Part shown: piece after piece, positions 34,685 to 39,685 of the stretch | Layout: the number at the start of each line of letters is the position of its first letter | How positions within the stretch are numbered: the stretch's first letter is position 1 | IMG/VR virus record: IMGVR_UViG_3300032272_000038 | Coordinates: 1-39,685 of that record | Length of the DNA stretch: 39,685 nucleotides | From: a virus | Lineage: Duplodnaviria > Caudoviricetes | Direction: 5' to 3' (one strand) | The notes under the pieces: generated by a model | What the model was told of the DNA's origin: nothing | The model's input: only the letters and a program-made list of their open reading frames with translations | The model's database searches: none | Made by a program: the position numbers and the translations under genes

Positions 34685-34849
34685 ATGACCGAGAACATGA
34701 CAATCGCAGAGATCAACGGATACCAGATCACTGAAATACCACCCGGATGGGATTTGCGCTTCGCCGCCGACAACCCGAGTACGGGATACGGCAACAAGTT
34801 CCACAGCCTCGACGCCGCGAAGCGTTGGGCGTCAACACAAACGAAGTGA
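34685..34849 (+). CDS. Small hypothetical protein (54 aa)
   Basis: GGGAG SD; ends F.SLDAAKRWA, a common phage small-protein motif. Confidence 0.65.
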   Translation: MTENMTIAEINGYQITEIPPGWDLRFAADNPSTGYGNKFHSLDAAKRWASTQTK

Positions 34850-34857
34850 GGCCCGCT

Positions 34858-35022
34858 ATGACTTATAAAATCCACTACTGGACAGGCAATATTGATCGCA
34901 ACTTGATCCGATCAATCCGCAGCTATGCAGACGACACGATCAGAACAAGATCGATCATCGAAGCTGCTGCGCGGTTCGGCAACGATCGTAACGCAATCGA
35001 GCGCAACTTGGGGCTGGCGTAA
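34858..35022 (+). CDS. Small hypothetical protein (54 aa)
   Basis: Starts at the repeated GAGGCCCGCTATG junction. Confidence 0.6.
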   Translation: MTYKIHYWTGNIDRNLIRSIRSYADDTIRTRSIIEAAARFGNDRNAIERNLGLA

Positions 35023-35152
35023 GTCAGCCCATCAACTGGAAAGGTTGGCCGCCCGAGCCGAAAGGCTGTTAGACCAGCAACGGGCCTAAATAAACGCTGG
35101 CGAGGGAACGACGCCTTTCAGTAGGACAAGTCGAGACAGCCGGAGAGACGGC
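35011..35152 (+). ncRNA. Candidate structured RNA with pseudoknot
   Basis: GNRA hairpins, closing stem 35035-44/35114-22, and GCCCG/CGGGC crossed by CCAGC/GCTGG. Confidence 0.5.
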
Positions 35153-35159
35153 ACTTATT

Positions 35160-35180
35160 TTCTAACGGAGGCCCGCTATG
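35160..35180 (+). repeat. Repeated gene-start junction TTCTAAYGGAGGCCCGMTATG
   Basis: 19/21 identical to 35382-35402; the GAGGCCCGCTATG core is also at 34848-34860. Confidence 0.85.
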
Positions 35181-35381
35181 GCAAAGTTGCACGAATTGTC
35201 CGAAGAAGATTTCTGCAAGGTATCGCAAACGCGCAGGAGCTTAATTGCAGCTCTTGAGAAGAAAGGTTTCAGCCGGTGGGACATGGACCAGGACGGAAAC
35301 GAGCGCTTCATGAAGGCCAGCCCAGAAGAAATAAGAACGATTTCGTTCGACGAAAACCTTGAAACCTACGCCATCAAATAA
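35178..35381 (+). CDS. Small hypothetical protein (67 aa)
   Basis: GGAGG SD within the repeat. Confidence 0.7.
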   Translation: MAKLHELSEEDFCKVSQTRRSLIAALEKKGFSRWDMDQDGNERFMKASPEEIRTISFDENLETYAIK

Positions 35382-35399
35382 TTCTAATGGAGGCCCGAT

Positions 35400-35621
35400 A
35401 TGCCGATCACGCAAGAAGACATCAACGACACGATGCAGCCGCTTGGTAGTGAGCGAGAAGAATTGACCATCGACCACGGCGACATTCTGAAAGCAAAACG
35501 CGCAGTCGTTGTTCTGATGGAATGCTCCAAGGTCGCCTACGCCGGTAAGGAAGCACCCGAAGAATTACGGATCGATGTGCAGGCGCTAATGCGCGTTATT
35601 CGCACCGTCGAGAAACTTTAA
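35400..35621 (+). CDS. Small hypothetical protein (73 aa)
   Basis: GGAGG SD within the repeat. Confidence 0.7.
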   Translation: MPITQEDINDTMQPLGSEREELTIDHGDILKAKRAVVVLMECSKVAYAGKEAPEELRIDVQALMRVIRTVEKL

Positions 35622-35679
35622 ATCTAACTGGAAACTGAGGCCCCGAGCCGCCGCAAACATAACCCAAGAAAGGTGAAAC

Positions 35680-36147
35680 ATGCATAGATCAACGAGCAAC
35701 CAACAAGACGACCTAGACGAATTCCTACTCATTGACGGGCGACGACGATATAGCAACCTCGACGAGGTTGACGACAGGGCAGAAGCTGACGAAGCCGAAC
35801 GCATTATGGGCAACGCTCTCACATGGCTCGCCAGTGGGTTGATTGTCCTGATCATGCTCACCGCGGGGCATTTCGTCTACAAGGCCGGGCAGTATAGTGC
35901 CGTTGCGGTCTGCCTCCAAAGCATTGACAAATGCCGGGACATATCGACCATTCGCCGGGTGAAGATCGAAACGCTTGTTTCGTCATTGACGCCACCCACG
36001 CACCCCCTCGTTGAATTCCGCCACATCGTCGGTGAGCCCGCAATGCTGGCTTGTCGACGGCTGATCAAGTATCGCGCAAAATGGGGCGGCAAAGATACCG
36101 AATATCGCCGTTGCAAGCGTTCATTCCCTGAAAGCCTATTTCAATGA
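35680..36147 (+). CDS. Single-TM hypothetical protein
   Basis: AAGGTG SD, acidic N-terminus, TM ALTWLASGLIVLIMLTAG, Cys-rich C-terminus. Confidence 0.6.
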   Translation: MHRSTSNQQDDLDEFLLIDGRRRYSNLDEVDDRAEADEAERIMGNALTWLASGLIVLIMLTAGHFVYKAGQYSAVAVCLQSIDKCRDISTIRRVKIETLVSSLTPPTHPLVEFRHIVGEPAMLACRRLIKYRAKWGGKDTEYRRCKRSFPESLFQ

Positions 36148-36716
36148 AGTATGGTTATGCTCGGGTCAGCACCAAAGACCAAGACCTCGCAATTCAACTC
36201 GCTGCCCTTGAGGCGGCGGGTTGTGACGTCATTCGGCAAGAGAAGATGTCGGGAACAACCACGGTCGGGCGTGTCGAACTAGACACGCTTTTGACATTTC
36301 TCAGAGATGGCGACACCTTAATCGTGACGCGCATTGACCGGCTTGCCCGATCTGTGCTCGACCTGCAATTGATGGTCAAGGACTTGTCTGAGCGCGGTAT
36401 CGCGCTACAGGCAACAGAACAGCCGATCGACACCTCGACGGCTGCCGGCAAAGCGTTCTTCGACATGCTCGGGGTATTTGCCGAGTTCGAGACGACACTC
36501 CGACGAGAGCGTCAACTCGAAGGTATTACCAAGGCTAAGGCCGAGGGGAAGTATTCAGGCGGTGTGCGTAAGTTTTCCAGCGCTCGAATTCGCGAACTGC
36601 GAGCCGAGGGCATGGGCGTCTCTGAAATTGCACGCACAATCGGGTGCAAATCTCGCATGACGATTTACCGCGCCCTCGACAACGAGAGCGCCGAAAGGAA
36701 TACCAATGCCGAATAA
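36144..36716 (+). CDS. Small serine recombinase (resolvase/invertase family)
   Basis: GYARVST (catalytic Ser), DRLARS, FAEFE...RRERQLEG, C-terminal HTH. Confidence 0.95.
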   Translation: MKYGYARVSTKDQDLAIQLAALEAAGCDVIRQEKMSGTTTVGRVELDTLLTFLRDGDTLIVTRIDRLARSVLDLQLMVKDLSERGIALQATEQPIDTSTAAGKAFFDMLGVFAEFETTLRRERQLEGITKAKAEGKYSGGVRKFSSARIRELRAEGMGVSEIARTIGCKSRMTIYRALDNESAERNTNAE

Positions 36717-37332
36717 GACAACGATTGCGGGCATCGTGCTCGCGGTGGCCGTTCTGGCTATTGCAGCGTTTGTGTTCATGGGCAACGCAAAAGCGGCCGA
36801 GCCATCTTGGTCAGGCTGCTATGGCGGCGTTCATGCTGGCTATACCGCCGGCAATGCCGAACTGTCCGAGGGTGGCGACGAAATCAACTTAAGCATTCTC
36901 GGTTCGCATATCGGCGTACAAGCCGGGTGTGATAGGCAACTCGGCAGATTTGTGGTCGGTGGTTTTGCGTCATATGACTGGTTCAATTCAGACAGCGACA
37001 ACAGCGTCGGGCCCGTCGACATTGAGATCGGGCTCGATAACAAATGGACACTAGGCGCCCGAGCCGGGTATCTGATCAACCCGGGTGTGCTCGCATACGC
37101 GAAAGTCGGATACACTGAGGCCGAAACCAGCGGCAAAGACTTCGACGGGGTTGACCTCGGGGGCGGCCTTGAAATAAAGCTTTCTGATAGCGTTTTCTTG
37201 CAGGCAGATTACACCTTCACGGCATGGGACAGCGAAAGACTGAAAGGCGATGAGGCCATCAAGGTCGACCCGGAAATGCACACGGTTCGCCTTGGTGTCG
37301 TCTACAGGTTTGGCGCTGGTCTGCTTGAGTAG
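36706..37332 (+). CDS. Outer-membrane beta-barrel protein, Omp25/Omp31/RopB family
   Basis: Signal peptide (AKA-AE), WSGCYGGVHAGY, QAGCD.Q, RAGYL...LAYAKVGY, GGGLE, RLGVVYRF. Confidence 0.9.
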   Translation: MPNKTTIAGIVLAVAVLAIAAFVFMGNAKAAEPSWSGCYGGVHAGYTAGNAELSEGGDEINLSILGSHIGVQAGCDRQLGRFVVGGFASYDWFNSDSDNSVGPVDIEIGLDNKWTLGARAGYLINPGVLAYAKVGYTEAETSGKDFDGVDLGGGLEIKLSDSVFLQADYTFTAWDSERLKGDEAIKVDPEMHTVRLGVVYRFGAGLLE

Positions 37333-37365
37333 TTCAAGTTTACGTTATGCCCTAAGCGGGGCGGG

Positions 37366-37400
37366 AAGGGGCGGCGTCTCATGGGCGCCGCTCCTTTTTT
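37366..37400 (+). terminator. Rho-independent terminator
   Basis: AGGGGCGGCGTCT-CAT-GGGCGCCGCTCCT followed by TTTTT. Confidence 0.8.
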
Positions 37401-37428
37401 GTTACATAGGGCACGAATTCCGAGCCCT

Positions 37429-37644
37429 TTATTGTTCGGGCCCGACCTCTTGCGGATCGTACACTTGCCCGAGAGCGTGCCGAACCGATCGCCACGCCTG
37501 GACATAGTTTAACTGTGATACGCCGGTCAAATCGGGGTTGATCATGTGAGGCGAGACACAGAACCCCAAGAGATCATCGTCTTGCGTGTGCGCTTTCGCG
37601 AGGTACGATAGCGCCGCCGATAGCGGCATTATGGGGCCCATCAT
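37429..37644 (-). CDS. Hypothetical protein
   Basis: ATG overlaps the o-spanin stop. Confidence 0.5.
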   Translation of the reverse strand: MMGPIMPLSAALSYLAKAHTQDDDLLGFCVSPHMINPDLTGVSQLNYVQAWRSVRHALGQVYDPQEVGPEQ

Positions 37645-37865
37645 TTCCGTTTTCGCCTCGATTTCAGGCACCGACTGTCGTGCCGGGCATTAAATTTGCG
37701 AATTCCGGCGATAGTTGGGCGAGTGTCCCGAATATCCCAAGAAAGCTTCGAGGGCTGGATTTTACATAGGTCAGAGCCGATTAGGCGCACTACCGGGGGG
37801 TTAGGCCCCGGAAATGACGAACAGCCGCCTAGCACCCCTAAAAACGCGATTAAAAGCACTTTCAT
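37641..37865 (-). CDS. o-spanin (Rz1-like lipoprotein)
   Basis: MKVLLIAFLGVLGG-C lipobox, Pro-rich, Cys pair; start overlaps the i-spanin stop. Confidence 0.75.
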   Translation of the reverse strand: MKVLLIAFLGVLGGCSSFPGPNPPVVRLIGSDLCKIQPSKLSWDIRDTRPTIAGIRKFNARHDSRCLKSRRKRK

Positions 37866-38266
37866 AACTTGCCCCTCGATCTGCAAGACGCCGAGCGCTT
37901 GCAAGCCTCGTTGATGTCGACGTCGAGCGGGGCGATATCGTCACCAGCTTGTCGGGCTAGGTCGATCGCCGTCGTCACGTCGAGATTGTGCCTGGTTTCA
38001 ATGAGCGCGACCCGAACATCGCACGCCCGCAATGCAGCAAGGGCTTGTTGTCCGTCGAGCTTGTGCCCGAGCTTCACACCATACACAAACGCAAGGCCGG
38101 CGATCGCGAGCGTTGCAACGAGGGTGAGCGGGTTCGATACGATCTTGGTTATGCCCTCGAACACCGTTTCGACTACGGCGGCGATGGCTCGGAAGATAGC
38201 CCGGATCGGTGCCAACAAGGGCCCGAAACCCGGCATGAATGCGAGCATGAATGATGCATATTTCAC
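37862..38266 (-). CDS. i-spanin (Rz-like)
   Basis: TM helix followed by a helical domain and C-terminal Cys residues; after the endolysin. Confidence 0.65.
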   Translation of the reverse strand: MKYASFMLAFMPGFGPLLAPIRAIFRAIAAVVETVFEGITKIVSNPLTLVATLAIAGLAFVYGVKLGHKLDGQQALAALRACDVRVALIETRHNLDVTTAIDLARQAGDDIAPLDVDINEACKRSASCRSRGKL

Positions 38267-39096
38267 GACAAGAGCCTCTTATCTCGAATGTGTCGGATGG
38301 TGGCGACTAACACACACGCAACAACGATCGAGAAACTGACACTTTGCCAATCAAGGCCGGCTGCCTTGGATAGTTTTTCAGTGCTTGATACAACGCCGAA
38401 CGTCTCGGTGGCAATACTCGGCACAGCACCGAAGAATTCAGACGCGGAATTGACGGCATTCGCACCCCAATTCGTGAGATATCCCGCAACGAGTAGCACT
38501 TGCGCGTTAACGAGAGACCAAACCGACTTAGACTTGAGAGCGACGGACACCGAGCTTGGTGCCTCGGCCGGCGGTAAGCGGGCCGGCATGGGTGGCGAGG
38601 CGACAACGAAGTCGTCGCTGTCCATTTCCGCCCAATGCGCCAATTCCTTTTGTCGACGGTTCACGAGCCCGGGCCATCGGGTTTTCTTCCCGAGCCGTGC
38701 GTCGTATGCCATCACGTACAGCATGAACGCGGCCCGGATCTTGGCCTCGTTGCCGCTGTTTACGGATCGAATAAGGGTCGGTGCTTTTCCCCATCCATTG
38801 TTGTAGAAGAAACTAACGAGAGCATCGAACAGCCCTTGGGAAACCGGCGCCTTTATGAGCCGATGCACAGCGTCGATAAAGGGCCCGATTTCCTCGTCGA
38901 ACAGTTCATGGGCCCGAGCGACGTTGATCTTCATGCCGCGTTTGATACCCTTGGTTGCCCCGAACCCAATAGTCCAGGTTCCGGTGCCGTCGTCGTAAGC
39001 TCTAAGACGCGGCTTTTCCGCCGATCCGCTCTCCCATTCTTTGATCTTATACGCGCCTCTACTGGATAGCGTTAGGTGTGCGTTTGGCCCGGCCAT
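38263..39096 (-). CDS. Endolysin, GH24 lysozyme with C-terminal membrane segments
   Basis: IKEWE...AYDDGTGTWTIGFG (E/D/T triad), FDALVSFFYNNG, GLVNRRQKE; hydrophobic C-terminal helices. Confidence 0.9.
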   Translation of the reverse strand: MAGPNAHLTLSSRGAYKIKEWESGSAEKPRLRAYDDGTGTWTIGFGATKGIKRGMKINVARAHELFDEEIGPFIDAVHRLIKAPVSQGLFDALVSFFYNNGWGKAPTLIRSVNSGNEAKIRAAFMLYVMAYDARLGKKTRWPGLVNRRQKELAHWAEMDSDDFVVASPPMPARLPPAEAPSSVSVALKSKSVWSLVNAQVLLVAGYLTNWGANAVNSASEFFGAVPSIATETFGVVSSTEKLSKAAGLDWQSVSFSIVVACVLVATIRHIRDKRLLS

Positions 39097-39295
39097 TGCT
39101 TGCCCCTTTCCTCTTGGTTTCGGCGACCTCGGGCGTGGCCGAAACCCCATTGGCAAGCTCGATCGCTTGCTCTTTGAGCTTGGCCGTCTGCGCTTCGACG
39201 ATCGCCTTTAGTTTCTCGATTTCGACGCACTGTTCGCCCATCTTTCGAGACACACCGGCCTCGATACGCACTTGAAGGTTCTGCATGTCGGTCAT
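39059..39295 (-). CDS. Small coiled-coil hypothetical protein
   Basis: Coupled to the upstream gene (ATGA). Confidence 0.55.
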   Translation of the reverse strand: MTDMQNLQVRIEAGVSRKMGEQCVEIEKLKAIVEAQTAKLKEQAIELANGVSATPEVAETKRKGASNGRAKRTPNAIQ

Positions 39296-39627
39296 ATTTT
39301 TATGCCCCTATAGTTGCTGCTTTCGGTTTGCCACGCCTGAATAGTCGCGCTCGCGGCTTCGCGTAGTGACTTGAGCACTTCGAAATCGCCCGTGGCGTCG
39401 GCGTGCTCGGTAATGGCTTGGTGATAGCGCTCGCTTCCCCGAGCCTCGGCCCGCCGGGTGTCCCAATCGAGCTTTCGCGAGCTGGCGGTCATCAAGGCAT
39501 CGATGTGGTCGACCATGTGCCGAGCTTTCACCATGCGCGAACGCGCCGCCCCAATCGGCCCAGCGCTCGTTGTGAGATAGTCGACAGCCCTTGCAATGCT
39601 TTCGTCTGTAAAGACCCGATCCGTCAT
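39292..39627 (-). CDS. Conserved helical phage protein (possibly UvsY-like)
   Basis: RRAEARGSERY...A....E.L...REAA...IQAWQT.SSN.R pattern. Four of the five variants between the two end copies are synonymous, which supports coding. Confidence 0.55.
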   Translation of the reverse strand: MTDRVFTDESIARAVDYLTTSAGPIGAARSRMVKARHMVDHIDALMTASSRKLDWDTRRAEARGSERYHQAITEHADATGDFEVLKSLREAASATIQAWQTESSNYRGIKI

Positions 39628-39685
39628 TTCTTCCCCTTCATACGTGCCCAGCGCGCCTCGATCGTTTTAAGGTACTCTTTGAACG
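39446..39685. repeat. Terminal direct repeat, copy 2
   Basis: See 1-240. Confidence 0.97.

Noticed and set aside
35048-35110. Pistol ribozyme (P1, pseudoknot and TAAAT linker)
   Set aside because: P2/P3 and the conserved GCG and GU cleavage-site elements could not be placed.

Overview
The window is an apparently complete ~39.4 kb tailed-phage genome of podovirus type. Bases 1-240 repeat at 39446-39685, so the unit length is 39,445 bp and the contig closes into a circle. The host is most likely an alphaproteobacterium (Hyphomicrobiales-like), inferred from an Omp25/RopB-type porin gene and near-absence of GANTC. A long minus-strand late operon (~25100 down to 1, continuing 39627 down to 37429) encodes terS, terL, a P22-like portal, scaffold, an N4-gp56-type major capsid protein, tail adaptor and nozzle, ejection proteins, two parallel tail-fibre/adhesin modules and a lysis cassette. 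The replication block holds an initiator with internal palindromic iterons, an SF4 helicase and a Prim-Pol. I recognised no integrase, CI-type repressor, DNA polymerase, tRNA or CRISPR array. The accessory region (29-37.4 kb) is the most unusual part. It has an active-looking serine resolvase coupled to a porin and a second, catalytically dead resolvase at a divergent promoter. It also has short ORFs with repeated start junctions, a candidate pseudoknotted ncRNA, a stand-alone TacA/AtaR-like antitoxin fragment and a membrane-anchored winged-helix protein. All family assignments come from motif recognition by eye; no database search was run.
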